NCBI GenBank assembly: GCA_035655175.1
Contig: DASRVG010000123.1
Span: 1 to 54,768, forward strand
Source: Clostridia bacterium
GTDB taxonomy: Bacteria > Bacillota > Clostridia > Ch29
Reading direction: 5' to 3'
DNA: 54,768 bases
Shown here: positions 8,693-19,837 of the stretch, in pieces
Layout of the letters: the number at the start of each line of letters is the position of its first letter
Position numbering within the stretch: the first letter of the stretch is position 1
Notes under the pieces: generated by a model
What the model was told of the DNA's origin: nothing
The model's database searches: none
What the model saw: the letters and a program-made list of their open reading frames with translations, nothing else
Program-made: the position numbers and the translations under genes

Positions 8693-11600
8693 TTATGCAT
8701 GGTTTCCCGGCTTTTCCCCCAGGGTTACCACCACCGTATGCCTTTTGCCGTCGTCCGAAAGGGGTATGTACCCGTCTTCCATCACCTCGGAATCCAGCGT
8801 AACCTCCCTTACGCCCTGGCTTACCCGGTCCGGGTTTTTTACGGTTATTTGGTACACCGAGCTTTTATACCTGTACTCTATCGAGTATTCGCTCCATTCC
8901 CTTGGTATGCAGGGTTTTATCACAAGTCGGTCACTCTCTTTCATGAAGCCCAGCATGTACTCCAGCCCCACCCTGTAAAGCCATCCGGCGGCGCCGGTAT
9001 ACCAGGTCCAGCCTCCCCTGCCGGAATGGGGCGCCACCGCATATACATCGGCCGCGACAACATAGGGCTCCACCTTGTATGTGGCACATTCTATCATCGT
9101 CCTGGCATGGTTTACCGGGTTTATCATGTTAAAAAGCTCCCAGGCCTTGTCCCCCTGGCCAAGCATTGCAAAGGCGTTTATCACCCACGTAGCGGCATGG
9201 GTGTACTGCCCCCCGTTTTCCCGGACCCCCGGCACGTAGCTCTTTATGTATCCCGGCTCCAGTTCGCTTTGGTCAAAGGGCGGCGTAAACAAAAGGATTA
9301 TTCCCTCGTCCCTTTTTACCAGGTAGTGCTCCACGGCGTTCATAGCCTCGGCGGACCTCCTTGTGTCCCCCTGCCCGCTTATTACCGCCCACGACTGGGC
9401 TATCGAGTCTATGGTGCACTCGGTATTCTCGGAGGAACCAAGGGGGGTCCCGTCGTCGAAGTATGCCCTCCTGTACCAGGACCCGTCCCACCCGTTCTCT
9501 TCTATGGCACGGGATATGTCCCCGATGGCCCTTTCGTATCTTTCGCTGCGTTCAAAGTCCCTCATGTACTTGCAGGCGGGTATAAATTTCTTTAGCGTGT
9601 CACATATGAACCATCCCAGCCATATGCTCTCCCCTTTGCCTTTGCGGCCCACCGCGTTCATTCCGTCGTTCCAGTCCCCCGATCCCATAAGCGGAATACC
9701 GTGCTCACCGAACCTAAGCGCCCTTTCAATAGCCCTTATGCAGTGGTCGTAAACCGAAGCCTTTTCCTCCGATATACGGGGGGTGCCGTACCTTTCGTCC
9801 TCGCCCTCTTCCAGCGGCAGGTCCTCCAGGAAGTGCACCTCTTCGTCAAGGATTCCATGGTCGCCGGTCCTTTTAATGTACTCGGCGGTGGCGTAGGGCA
9901 GCCACAACAGGTCGTCTGTAAACCGTGTCCTTATTCCCTTTTCCTGTATCCCCGGGTGCCACCAGTGCTGTACGTCCCCCTCGACAAACTGGTGAGCACA
10001 GTGGATTAAAATCTGTCTCCTGGTCAGTTGCGGCAGCGCATACACCACGTTAACGGCATCCTGCAGCTGGTCCCTGAAACCATAGGCGCCCCCCGACTGG
10101 TAAAAGGCAGTCCTTGCCCGGAGCCTGCAGGCTATGGTCTGGTACATAAGCCAATAATTAAGCATCAGGTCCATGGACGCGTCGGGAGTCTTCACCTTTA
10201 TAACCCCCAGAACGTTCTCCCAGTACCGGGTAACCCTGTCAAGGGCATCACGACAGTTTTCAATGCTTCTAAATCTGTCCACTATACCCTTTACCCCTGC
10301 CTCGTCCTGCGCCTGCCCCAGCAGCAGTACAATGTCCTTTTCCTCTCCCGGGTCCAGCTCCAAATGGGTCTGTATCGCACCACAGGGGTCATAGCCTACA
10401 CCTACCCTGTTGGAAAGGCTCTCCCTTGAAAGGGCCTTGGGATTGGCCAGGTCCCCTCCTATCCCCAAAAACTCCATCCTGTCCCCGGTGTAACTGCTTA
10501 TTTCCCCGGAAACCGCAACAAAGGCAGTACGCCCCGGGAAGTCGTAATTGAACGGGTTTTTTATAAGCAGTGCCTGGGTCTTTTCATCATAGGCCGTATG
10601 GATGTGCTGCTGCGTCAGCTGCTCGCTTATACCCATCACCGGCCTTATATAATAAGTAATGCTTAGGTGCCTTTTCTTGTTACTGTAATTCTTAAGCCTT
10701 ATAAGCGATACCTTTACCGGTTCTTCCTCCGGTACGAACACGGTAAGGCTCTGGTCTATGCCGTGGCTCGCGTGCTGGAACACCGTATACCCAAACCCGT
10801 GCCTTACGGTATAGTCCCCGTCGTCCCGTATCGGGAGCGGGGTTATTGACCATACATCGCCGTTTTCCTCGTCCCTTAGGTAAACAACTTCCCCCGGCGG
10901 GTCGGTCACCGGGTCGTTGGACCACGGGGTCAGCTTGTTCTCCCTGCTGTTTTCCGCCCAAACCGACCCCGAACCGTTTTCGGATACCAAGAACCCGAAT
11001 CCTCCGTTGGAGATAACGTTTACCCATGGTGCCGGGGTATGGCTGTTTTCCTTGAGTTTTATTATATATTCTCTTCCATCCTTGGCAAATCCTCCATAGC
11101 CGTTGAAAAACGCAAGGTCCATCGGATAGTCCCTGGCCTCGTACTTCATTTCGTAACGGTTGAAACTCATCTCGTTGGGATAATCCTCCTGGTCGGGCTG
11201 TTTAAGCTGAAGTTCAATGGGCCCGTCCCCTCCCCTTAGGATTATCCTGGCGGCGGCATATACCAGGGTTATATCCTCTTCCGGCATTATACTCGCGTCA
11301 ATAACGTGTACCCCTCCCGATTTGTCGATAACATCCCTGCCGCTGCTGGAAAGGACAATCTCATTTACCAGCTTCTTCAGCGGCTGCAGGTACTTGCTCC
11401 GGTCCCGGTTGAGTATCACAAGGTCCACCGGCAAACCTTTAAGCCTCCAGTATTCATGGGCCTTCAGGCACTCCCTCACCAGCTCCGCATGCTCGGTTTC
11501 ATCTATGCTGACCAGCACTATGGGCAGGTCCCCGGATATTCCATAGGACCACAGGCTGGACTGACCCTTCGAATTCTTAGCAATAATATCCCTGTACTTT

Positions 11601-14600
11601 TTCCTGGCGGGGCTCAAATACACAATCTGCGAAATCATGTTCTGGTAGGTCTTTATTTCGCCTGCGCGCAGGTTAAGATAAGTGGTTTCCACCCGGCTTC
11701 TTGTAAGGGCCAGGTCAAAGGCCCGGTCTATGGAATGGGGATTATGGTACTTGGCTGCCAGTGTCACCGCTTCATCCCTGCTGTCGGCCAGCCCCGTCAT
11801 AAAGCTTACCTTCACAATCTTGCCCGGCTCAACTCTCACCCTTCTTCTCAGGCACATTATTGGGTCCAGGACTATACCGACAGTGTTGGTAAGGGGCTGG
11901 GTCAGCCCTGCGGGATTTGTAACATCCCTGCCCCGGCCTATGAAATTTCCCCTAATTGTCTCATACTGCAAGCTGCCGGCGGTTTCACCCTCCACCGCAA
12001 CGGTATGCACCATCCATAGGGGGCTTTTACCTGTCTCCCTTGGCCGCCGTGAGGCAATAATGCCGTCGTACTGCGATACAAGTTCGGTCCTTACAAACAG
12101 GTTGCTGAAAGCGGGATGGGCCGCATCGGCGGACTGCGGGGCCAGCACCGGTTCCAAGTAGCTGGTTAGCTCCACAACCGCCGGCTCGCTGCCGTGGTTT
12201 GTCAGGGAAACCCTCCTTATCTCCGCGTTGTCCTCGGTGGTCACCACTATTTCGCTGTGGGTGTCTATGTTGTCATCCGTCCTGTAGTACTCTGCCTTGT
12301 CCTGGGAAAATACCACCATGTACCCGTCGGGCCGGCCGCCAAGGGGCTCAGAGGTGCTGCTCCATATCCTCTTGGTACTTAAATTTCTCAGGAATACGAA
12401 CATGCCGTAATTACCCTTTAACGCATCCTCCCTCCAGCGGGTGACCTGTAAGCCGTCCTTTTTGCTGTACCCGCCGCCCCCGTTTGTCAGCATAACCGAG
12501 TAGCGTCCGTTGGAAAGCAGGTGGCACTGGGGGATGGGCGTATCCGGCACACCGAATATCCTTATAACCTTTACCTCTTCCCTGTCTATGACCTCCAGGG
12601 GCTTTACCGTTTCCTTGTACTCCTTTGTTATGATAACCCTAAGCGGTATCTTCTCCTGGAGCAGTATTTCCGCCGATTTCATCACCGGGTCGCTGTGGAA
12701 CCTGTTTTGGATAATACCCCGGTTTATGTAATTATTAAGGGAAATGAGGCCCATTCCCTGGTGATGAGCCATATAGCTTTTTACTATAACTTTTTTGCTT
12801 CCCCGGGGTAGACGGTCCGGCGTGTAGTCCACCGCCTCGTACAGGCCGTATTCGCCTTCAAGGCCCTCCTTCTTCAACCTTTTTATATTCTCCACCGCCA
12901 GCTTTGGATTTACAGGAAGTGCCAGCAGGGTTGAATAGGGCGACACCACCATGTCCTCCGCCAGGCCCCTTTTCAGCCCGAAGTCGGGTATCCCAAAGGC
13001 CCTGTACTGGTAATTCAAAAGCATGTCAAAGGCATAGTAACCCGACTCCGACACCCCCCAGGGAACGTCCCTTCTGTCCCCGTAGCTTTTCTGGGCCTTG
13101 ACTATGGTGCCGTAGGTCTCGTCCATCAGCGTGTTCCTGTAGCTTTTAAGTACAAGAAGGGGCATCAGGTATTCGAACATGGTCCCTCCCCAGGACACAA
13201 GACCCCTGTACCCGTCGGCCACCGAAAGGGCGCGGCCCAGTTTGAACCAGTGTTTTTTCGGCACCTCTCTCCGGGCAATGGCAATGTAGCTGGTTATTCT
13301 CGCCTCGGAAGCCAGCATGTCATAATAGGAGTTTAAAAGCTTTTCCTCCCCGACGTTATACCCGATGGAAAAAAGGTGCCTTGTGGTATCATAAAGCGGT
13401 TTGAACTCGGTTTCATCTATTATCCTGCCTATCGTCTCAATAAGCCGGTCCATGCGCTCAAGAAGGTCCGCCGTGTTTGCCCTGCACCTTACCACCTCGT
13501 TCCTCAGTTTTGAAATATAGGCGTCGGCATCGGCCTGCTTAAGGTTTATCCGCTGCAGCCTGTCCATCTCTTCCAGCAGCGCGTCGTATGTTTCCATAAG
13601 CCCTGTAGGCGAAATACCGCCGTTATTAATCCTTTCTACCAGGGCCAGCATCCCGGCATAATCCTGCTCCCAGTTTTCAAAACCGGTCGCTTTGTCCATT
13701 AAGGACCCGTCGGGAAACAGTTCCCGGGTTTCTTCGATAAAGGAAACAATGGTTTTCCTGAGTTTTATCATCCAGCTTTCGCTGCCGGGCGCAGCCTCCT
13801 TCAGCCTTTCAAGCAGCCGTCTCCATTCCGGCAAGTCTATGCCGCACTCTCCCAGAGCCCGGTCCAGCATGTCCACAGCGATCTCCGCGCCGTCCCCTGC
13901 CAGCAGCGCGGTATCTAGAAGGCCCCTTACAAGGGACATATCCACGAGTGGACTATTGCGGTACTCCTTAAGTCCCTGTCTCAGGCATATAAGGTACCCC
14001 ACCAGGTTGCCGCTGTCCACCGTTGAAACAAAATAGGGCCTTAACACCTCCAGCGTCCGGGTATCGTACCAGTTGTACAGGTGCCCCCTCCAGCTTTCCA
14101 TTTTCTCGATGGTGGTAATGGAGCGGTCTATCCTGTTCACCAGGTCGGTAGTAGAAATGTACCCAAAATCCCTGGCCGACAAAATTGATATAAGCATAAA
14201 CCCTATGTTTGTCGGGGACGTCCTGTGAGCCACCCCGTTGGGCGGATCAATCTGCACGTTATCCGGCGCAAGGTAGTTGTTCTTCTCATCGGCAAAGTCC
14301 TCGTAGTATGCCCAGGTCTTCCGGGCAAGCATCCTAAGCTGCTCAATGTCTTCCGGGCCGACATCCTCCGGTTCTGTCTGATCCAAAACGCTTATCCTTT
14401 GTGCCACCCAGGGGGATAAGGCCCACAGGACTCCCAATGCCAGGGCATAGGGCAGACCGCCAGTCTTGAAGGGCAGCGCCGCCGCCAGCAATAGAACCGA
14501 AACCCCCACCGGGATTCTCATTTTTTTTGCATAGCCCAGCCGGTCGTCCTTGCAGACCTTTTCCGCCTCGGAAGCGGTAACCCATTCCAGCATATTCCTG

Positions 14601-17353
14601 CCGGATACGTACACCCTGTACAGCGTCCGTACTATGCCGTCCATGGTTATGTAAGCATTATAGGGAAGGAAAATAAGCAAAAGCAGCGCCTGGTACGCTG
14701 AAGCCCTAAGGCCGGGTATCACGTTGCCGTGCAGTTTATCACCGAAACCCGAATGGGACCCCAAGAATACGGTATCCATTATCTCAAACAGCAGCCAAAT
14801 GCCGATTGTAAACACCGAAAACAAAACCCAAAGGACCGCACTCCCGGGCAGTACCGTCATTCCCAAAAGTATCAGCAAAGCCTGGGATACAGGCACGAGG
14901 CTTCTTCTAAGATTGTCTAAAATCTTCCACCGGGACAGCAGCGACAGCGGGTTTTTACGAACCCTGCCTTCCCTGTCCCTTATCCGGGGATAAAGCCACC
15001 TTATAAGCTGCCAGTCCCCCCTAACCCACCGGTGCAGCCGCATCATGTAGGACCCGTACCCCGAAGGGTAACCGTCAATAAGCTCCATATCACTTGCAAG
15101 GGCGGTGCGGACAAAACTTCCCTCCAGCAGGTCGTGGCTTAGTATCGTATTGTCCGGGAAGGCATCCTTCAACATACTGTTAAAAACATCAACGTCGTAT
15201 ATGCCCTTTCCGGTGAATATGCCCTCCCCGAACAGGTCCTGGTATATATCCGAAATGGCGGTGGTATAGGGGTCTATGCCCCCCTGCCCGGCAAAAATAC
15301 GGGTAAAGGCCGACCTGTTGGCGCTTTCTATGTCTATCCCTATTCTCGGCTGGATTATGCCGTAACCGTCCCTTATTACGCCCCCATCGCCGTCGTATAC
15401 CGCCCGGTTAAGCGGGTGGGATATGGTGCCGATAAGCTTTCTGGCGGTATCCATGGTAAGGTTTGTATCCGCATCCAACGTAATGACATACTTCACACCC
15501 TTAAGGCGGGAAATATCCCCCGAAACCGTTGAATAGGAAGTATTTTTGCTGCCTTTTAGCAGCGCGTTAAGCTCCAGTATTGCCCCCCTTTTCCTTTCCC
15601 AGCCCATCCACTTGCCCTGTTTTTCATTATACTGCCGGTGCCTTACCAGGAAATAAAAGATATCACCCCCTTTGGAATACCTTTGGTTAAGCAGCTTCAC
15701 ACCCTCAAGGCCTTCGTTTATTATCCCCCGGTCCGCCGGCATAGTTTTTTGGTCGGAATCCTTAAAGTCCCCGGCCAATGCAAAATAAAGGTTATCCTCC
15801 CTGTTGGCATGGTAATATACCTCCAGCCGCTCCAAAAGGTCCCTTACTCCTTTTTTGTCCGGCAGAAGGGTAGGTATAACCACCAGCGTAGAGGCCTCCT
15901 CGGGTATACCGTCCCTGTATTCCAGTTTGGGTAAAAACGTGGGCTGGGTGGTGTGCGTAAAAAACCAGTTAACAAGGTTTATCGCCACTTCACTGGCCGG
16001 TACAAGTACGGCAAGCGCCACCAGCACACTCTTCAGCATGCTGCCCTCTCCGGCTAAGGAATATGAGTAGTACAAGAATCCCGATACAATTATTAGCGTA
16101 ACCAGCGCAATAGCGGAAAGGTAACAGGGTACGCTGTGGTTGTGGAACCTGTCCCTTGCAGTCTTGGCTCCCAGCCGCCTCAAAAGCTGCGTCCTTCCCC
16201 CGCCGGCAATATAATAGCCGACGTGGCGCTCCCTTTCACCGCCGTCTTCCTGGGCGGCCTTCCGGGCACATTCAACAGCTTTCCGTGCCACGCTTAACTG
16301 TGGAACCCCGGCCTTTCGCGCTATTTTTTCCACCAGTTTCCTATAATAGTCCCTCGACTCGAAGTCCATTTGCGGGTACACGCCGGCCGGGTCCTCCATC
16401 AACATTTCATGAATCGCGCAGAGGGACTCGAATATATCGTTCCAATCCAGCACCGCCACCACGTTGAGGCTGGTTATTGCATTGCCCACCGATATTTTCC
16501 TGGCCGCCTGTTCCTTGTGCTCCTGTTCCACCAGGTCCCTTACCGTCATGCCGTAATCATACAGCTTGTCGTCTAAAAAATCGATAATCTCCCCGCTGTC
16601 TATTCCATCCTTTCTGAGCCTTCTCAGCAGGTGTTCTACAAAGGAAGGGCTTATCCCCTTTTTGTCCTTCATCAGCTCCTTAAGGGCGGGCAGCAGGCTG
16701 CCTTGTTTTTCGTCAACAAACTCCCCGGCATTTTCCCACTGCTGCTGGGTCCTATGTATCTTCTCGCAGATATGCCTTATGTTCTCGATAAGGGCTAGCC
16801 TGGTCATCAGCGACAGGGACCAGACCTCGGCGCTGGACAGTCTGCTGTACCTCTGGTATGCTTTTATAAAGTCTACGATTAGGTTGTGGTCCAGCCTGCC
16901 GTCGGTATGGGCAACAAGCTCAAGGGCTATGGCATATACCCTTGGGTAACCCTTAAGGATACCGCTTCTTTGAATATTCAGCCTGCGCAGCCTCTCCCTG
17001 GTCAGGCTCTGCCTTACTTCCTTAACCTGTTCCTCTATTTTGTAATAGTTGTCCAGCAGCCATTCGGAGGCAGGAGTAAGGTCCCTGCCCCTTTTGGCAT
17101 GAGAGTTTACGCTTTTGTATACCTCGGTTATCACCTTGAAGTTTTTGTCCAGCCGTCCGTGAAGGGATTTTATACAGCCCGGCCGCCCGGACACGGTATG
17201 TTCCCTGGCTATTTGGGCCGCATGGTTTAAAAGCTGTTCAGGCTGGAGCAGCACATCCTTTATTGACCCCGCCTCTTTTTCGGCCAAGTTTTTGTATCTT
17301 CCAAATGCCGCAAGCAGCAGGCCCAAAGTCAAAACAAACAATATAGGTTTCAT
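8693..17353 (-). CDS. Cyclic beta-1,2-glucan synthase homologue (Cgs/ChvB/NdvB architecture: N-terminal TM + GT84-like glycosyltransferase, central alpha/alpha-barrel region, C-terminal GH94-like phosphorylase)
   Basis: Single 2886-aa ORF. The N-terminus has SEWLLDNYYKIEEQVKE. The GT region has ITLDADTNL (DxD), ILSHDLLEG and HRWVRGDWQL. Multiple TM segments follow. The C-terminal half has GH94-type motifs TPAPWVNVISNG, NKLTPWSNDPV, AYGFRDQLQD, GSGDWNDGMN and GGWTWYTGAAGW. Size and domain order match proteobacterial cyclic glucan synthases. Confidence 0.85.
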   Translation of the reverse strand: MKPILFVLTLGLLLAAFGRYKNLAEKEAGSIKDVLLQPEQLLNHAAQIAREHTVSGRPGCIKSLHGRLDKNFKVITEVYKSVNSHAKRGRDLTPASEWLLDNYYKIEEQVKEVRQSLTRERLRRLNIQRSGILKGYPRVYAIALELVAHTDGRLDHNLIVDFIKAYQRYSRLSSAEVWSLSLMTRLALIENIRHICEKIHRTQQQWENAGEFVDEKQGSLLPALKELMKDKKGISPSFVEHLLRRLRKDGIDSGEIIDFLDDKLYDYGMTVRDLVEQEHKEQAARKISVGNAITSLNVVAVLDWNDIFESLCAIHEMLMEDPAGVYPQMDFESRDYYRKLVEKIARKAGVPQLSVARKAVECARKAAQEDGGERERHVGYYIAGGGRTQLLRRLGAKTARDRFHNHSVPCYLSAIALVTLIIVSGFLYYSYSLAGEGSMLKSVLVALAVLVPASEVAINLVNWFFTHTTQPTFLPKLEYRDGIPEEASTLVVIPTLLPDKKGVRDLLERLEVYYHANREDNLYFALAGDFKDSDQKTMPADRGIINEGLEGVKLLNQRYSKGGDIFYFLVRHRQYNEKQGKWMGWERKRGAILELNALLKGSKNTSYSTVSGDISRLKGVKYVITLDADTNLTMDTARKLIGTISHPLNRAVYDGDGGVIRDGYGIIQPRIGIDIESANRSAFTRIFAGQGGIDPYTTAISDIYQDLFGEGIFTGKGIYDVDVFNSMLKDAFPDNTILSHDLLEGSFVRTALASDMELIDGYPSGYGSYMMRLHRWVRGDWQLIRWLYPRIRDREGRVRKNPLSLLSRWKILDNLRRSLVPVSQALLILLGMTVLPGSAVLWVLFSVFTIGIWLLFEIMDTVFLGSHSGFGDKLHGNVIPGLRASAYQALLLLIFLPYNAYITMDGIVRTLYRVYVSGRNMLEWVTASEAEKVCKDDRLGYAKKMRIPVGVSVLLLAAALPFKTGGLPYALALGVLWALSPWVAQRISVLDQTEPEDVGPEDIEQLRMLARKTWAYYEDFADEKNNYLAPDNVQIDPPNGVAHRTSPTNIGFMLISILSARDFGYISTTDLVNRIDRSITTIEKMESWRGHLYNWYDTRTLEVLRPYFVSTVDSGNLVGYLICLRQGLKEYRNSPLVDMSLVRGLLDTALLAGDGAEIAVDMLDRALGECGIDLPEWRRLLERLKEAAPGSESWMIKLRKTIVSFIEETRELFPDGSLMDKATGFENWEQDYAGMLALVERINNGGISPTGLMETYDALLEEMDRLQRINLKQADADAYISKLRNEVVRCRANTADLLERMDRLIETIGRIIDETEFKPLYDTTRHLFSIGYNVGEEKLLNSYYDMLASEARITSYIAIARREVPKKHWFKLGRALSVADGYRGLVSWGGTMFEYLMPLLVLKSYRNTLMDETYGTIVKAQKSYGDRRDVPWGVSESGYYAFDMLLNYQYRAFGIPDFGLKRGLAEDMVVSPYSTLLALPVNPKLAVENIKRLKKEGLEGEYGLYEAVDYTPDRLPRGSKKVIVKSYMAHHQGMGLISLNNYINRGIIQNRFHSDPVMKSAEILLQEKIPLRVIITKEYKETVKPLEVIDREEVKVIRIFGVPDTPIPQCHLLSNGRYSVMLTNGGGGYSKKDGLQVTRWREDALKGNYGMFVFLRNLSTKRIWSSTSEPLGGRPDGYMVVFSQDKAEYYRTDDNIDTHSEIVVTTEDNAEIRRVSLTNHGSEPAVVELTSYLEPVLAPQSADAAHPAFSNLFVRTELVSQYDGIIASRRPRETGKSPLWMVHTVAVEGETAGSLQYETIRGNFIGRGRDVTNPAGLTQPLTNTVGIVLDPIMCLRRRVRVEPGKIVKVSFMTGLADSRDEAVTLAAKYHNPHSIDRAFDLALTRSRVETTYLNLRAGEIKTYQNMISQIVYLSPARKKYRDIIAKNSKGQSSLWSYGISGDLPIVLVSIDETEHAELVRECLKAHEYWRLKGLPVDLVILNRDRSKYLQPLKKLVNEIVLSSSGRDVIDKSGGVHVIDASIMPEEDITLVYAAARIILRGGDGPIELQLKQPDQEDYPNEMSFNRYEMKYEARDYPMDLAFFNGYGGFAKDGREYIIKLKENSHTPAPWVNVISNGGFGFLVSENGSGSVWAENSRENKLTPWSNDPVTDPPGEVVYLRDEENGDVWSITPLPIRDDGDYTVRHGFGYTVFQHASHGIDQSLTVFVPEEEPVKVSLIRLKNYSNKKRHLSITYYIRPVMGISEQLTQQHIHTAYDEKTQALLIKNPFNYDFPGRTAFVAVSGEISSYTGDRMEFLGIGGDLANPKALSRESLSNRVGVGYDPCGAIQTHLELDPGEEKDIVLLLGQAQDEAGVKGIVDRFRSIENCRDALDRVTRYWENVLGVIKVKTPDASMDLMLNYWLMYQTIACRLRARTAFYQSGGAYGFRDQLQDAVNVVYALPQLTRRQILIHCAHQFVEGDVQHWWHPGIQEKGIRTRFTDDLLWLPYATAEYIKRTGDHGILDEEVHFLEDLPLEEGEDERYGTPRISEEKASVYDHCIRAIERALRFGEHGIPLMGSGDWNDGMNAVGRKGKGESIWLGWFICDTLKKFIPACKYMRDFERSERYERAIGDISRAIEENGWDGSWYRRAYFDDGTPLGSSENTECTIDSIAQSWAVISGQGDTRRSAEAMNAVEHYLVKRDEGIILLFTPPFDQSELEPGYIKSYVPGVRENGGQYTHAATWVINAFAMLGQGDKAWELFNMINPVNHARTMIECATYKVEPYVVAADVYAVAPHSGRGGWTWYTGAAGWLYRVGLEYMLGFMKESDRLVIKPCIPREWSEYSIEYRYKSSVYQITVKNPDRVSQGVREVTLDSEVMEDGYIPLSDDGKRHTVVVTLGEKPGNHA

Positions 17354-17374
17354 ATCTGTTGTGTCCTTCCTCCC

Positions 17375-19837
17375 CTACGGTGTGAGGCTTTCCCTTTCTT
17401 CCATAAGCTCCTTTACCTTTTCGCTTAATGCCGCCGAAAGCTCGGCGGCGTATTCCTCCGAAGGCCCTTCGGCGTATATGTTGAACACCGGCCTTTCCGA
17501 ATCCGGCAGCACCAGTGCCCACCCTTCCCCAATCTTTATCTTGACGCCTTCGAAAAGCTCGAGGTTTTTATCCCGGTGCCGGTGTATAATCTCCTTAATT
17601 ATTCTTCCTTTATCTTTCCAATCGCATTCTATCTCCCTTTTTACATAATGAAACTCCGGCAGCTCATCCACCAGGTCGCTTAGCTTCACCCGGTTGACAG
17701 TCATGAAGTTTATTATACCCCCGGCACCCCAAACCGCATCAAAATTAAGCGCATACTGAAGCCTCGCTCCGTCCCCCTCTCCACCGGCTTTTAGCGTTTC
17801 ATTCATCCAGCTTGAAGGGTTGGCCTTGGTTCGTATTACATCCACGCCGTAACTTTTTGCCATGGCTTCTATGGTAGCGGAGGCGGTATAGGGAACCACA
17901 AGGCTGCCGTTAAGCCCGGCCTTTAGTACAATCAGCGATACAAGGGCGGTGTATTTCTCGCCGTCTATCACCCTGCCCCTGTCATCAAACAGTATAAGGT
18001 TTTCCCCGCTCTCGCCGAAAACTATCCCAACCTGGTACCTGTCCCTTATCACCTGCCGGGACATGGATTCCCTGTAACTGGCCGCCGACGGGTAACCGCA
18101 GCCGGAATAATCCACCGTCACGCCGCATCCTATGTATTTTAGAAACTGTTCAGCCAGCCCAAGCACCGTGTCCGACCTTGAACTTATCAATACTTTTGGG
18201 CTTTTTATTTTTAAGTCCCTAAGGTCTCCAAGCAGCGCAGCACCGTTTTTCATGTATATTGATGTAAAGTTCTCAACCATCACCGGCTCGCTGATCCGGT
18301 CGGCATTACACCGTTCAAAGTCATCCCTGTTGAACAGGTTCTCAATTTTTCTCTCCAAACTCCTGTCTATGTTGGCGCCGTTATTCCCCACCAGCTCTAT
18401 ATGCACCAGGTTTTGGTCCGCCAGGTTCCCCCGGACATGCACGCCCCCGTCCGCCTTGTAGTAAGTCACGGCAAACCGGTTGACCGGGGCCGGGGCGTTT
18501 TTTATGTCAATCGCCGATGCTCCGGTGGATATTATCCCGCAAACTGCGGAATCCTTCACCAGCCTTGACTTTTTTGTACCGTCGCAGCTTACCACTACTG
18601 TTGCATCATCTTTTAAAAGGGTGGCAAAGGCCGCCCCCAGGCGCGATGAGAATTCGGGGGTAATATCGGTGTTTACGGCACCCTTGATATCCCTGTGGCC
18701 GAAAAGGGTTTTGGTCCCCCTGGTGCCCCATATAAGGTTTTGGGTGACCACCGTTCTCTCCTCTATCCTCTTGTCCGGCCATATTTTTATGCCCGGTTTC
18801 ACCGTCGCATTGGAATCCACCCTGGTGTCCCTGCCCACCACCGAGTTTTCCAAAAGACTTACCCCGTTTTTTATGTGGGCGCCGGTGCAGACAACCGTAC
18901 CCCGCAAATGGCACCCGCCGCCCACCCGCACATTCTTCCACAGGATACTCTTCTTAAGCGTGGTGCTGCGTCCAATTGTGCACCTTTCCCCGATTATAGT
19001 ATAGGGATGGATGCTGCAGCCGCTTGCTATGCTGCAGTTTTTGCCCAAAAACACCGGCGGGGATATGGCAACACCGCTGCCAATCTCCACCCCCTCCGCC
19101 AGCCAAACGCCCTTTTCCACCTGCCGTGCAGCGATATCCACTTTCACTTTGCCCTCAAGCATGTCAAACTGGGTCTGCTTGTAGGATTCCAAGTCCCCTA
19201 TGTCGCACCAGTAGTCTTCGGTTTTGTAGCCGTACATCGGAACCCCGTCCCGGAGGAGTTTCGGGAAAAGGTCCTTGCTGAAATCAAAGTTTTCACCCCG
19301 CTTGTAGTAGTCCAGCACTTCCGGTTCCAGTATGTATATGCCGGTATTTATTGTGTCACTGAACACCTCGCCCCAGCTGGGCTTTTCCAGGAACCTAATT
19401 ATCCTGTCGCCGCCGTCGGTTATTATCACCCCGTATTCCAGCGGTATGGTTTCCCGTTTAAGCACCAGCGTGGCCTTTGACCCTTTTTGCCTGTGGAATT
19501 CCACCGCCTTTTCCAGGTCCAGGTCGGTCAGTGCATCTCCGCTTATCACTATGAATGTGCCATCCAAACTCTCCCCCGCGTTTTTAACGCTCCCTCCTGT
19601 GCCAAGGGGCGTCTCCTCAATAAAATAGTTTAGGTTTACCCCCCATTCCTTTCCGTCTCCGAAGTATTCGGTTATTGCAGAAGGCAGGTATGCCAGCGTT
19701 ACTGATATATCGTTTATGTTGTGTTTCTTAAGCAGCTTAATGGTATATTCCATAACCGGTCTGTTGAGTATGGGGACCATCGGTTTGGGTACATCGCAGG
19801 TTAGCGGTCTCAATCTTGTCCCCTCGCCGCCTGCCAT
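17375..19837 (-). CDS. Fusion protein: sugar-1-phosphate nucleotidyltransferase + left-handed beta-helix + PGM/PMM-like domain
   Basis: [24 protein letters not shown] is the NTP-transferase signature, followed by hexapeptide-like repeats and a C-terminal phosphohexomutase-like region. The start is uncertain: ATG 19837 or GTG 19861. The track's ATG 19984 adds about 50 non-homologous residues. Confidence 0.8.
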   Translation of the reverse strand: MAGGEGTRLRPLTCDVPKPMVPILNRPVMEYTIKLLKKHNINDISVTLAYLPSAITEYFGDGKEWGVNLNYFIEETPLGTGGSVKNAGESLDGTFIVISGDALTDLDLEKAVEFHRQKGSKATLVLKRETIPLEYGVIITDGGDRIIRFLEKPSWGEVFSDTINTGIYILEPEVLDYYKRGENFDFSKDLFPKLLRDGVPMYGYKTEDYWCDIGDLESYKQTQFDMLEGKVKVDIAARQVEKGVWLAEGVEIGSGVAISPPVFLGKNCSIASGCSIHPYTIIGERCTIGRSTTLKKSILWKNVRVGGGCHLRGTVVCTGAHIKNGVSLLENSVVGRDTRVDSNATVKPGIKIWPDKRIEERTVVTQNLIWGTRGTKTLFGHRDIKGAVNTDITPEFSSRLGAAFATLLKDDATVVVSCDGTKKSRLVKDSAVCGIISTGASAIDIKNAPAPVNRFAVTYYKADGGVHVRGNLADQNLVHIELVGNNGANIDRSLERKIENLFNRDDFERCNADRISEPVMVENFTSIYMKNGAALLGDLRDLKIKSPKVLISSRSDTVLGLAEQFLKYIGCGVTVDYSGCGYPSAASYRESMSRQVIRDRYQVGIVFGESGENLILFDDRGRVIDGEKYTALVSLIVLKAGLNGSLVVPYTASATIEAMAKSYGVDVIRTKANPSSWMNETLKAGGEGDGARLQYALNFDAVWGAGGIINFMTVNRVKLSDLVDELPEFHYVKREIECDWKDKGRIIKEIIHRHRDKNLELFEGVKIKIGEGWALVLPDSERPVFNIYAEGPSEEYAAELSAALSEKVKELMEERESLTP

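Noticed and set aside
8537-9595. Long plus-strand ORFs antisense to the 2886-aa gene (for example 8537-9595, 11306-12019, 7938-8540). Similar antisense ORFs lie opposite glnA (20648-21469), DUF917 (25276-26313) and the M29-like gene (26645-27517).
   Set aside because: Their translations are low-complexity (Pro/Arg/Ser/Leu-rich) with no motifs or RBS. Each lies wholly opposite a CDS with strong family motifs. They are typical shadow ORFs of GC-rich coding sequence.
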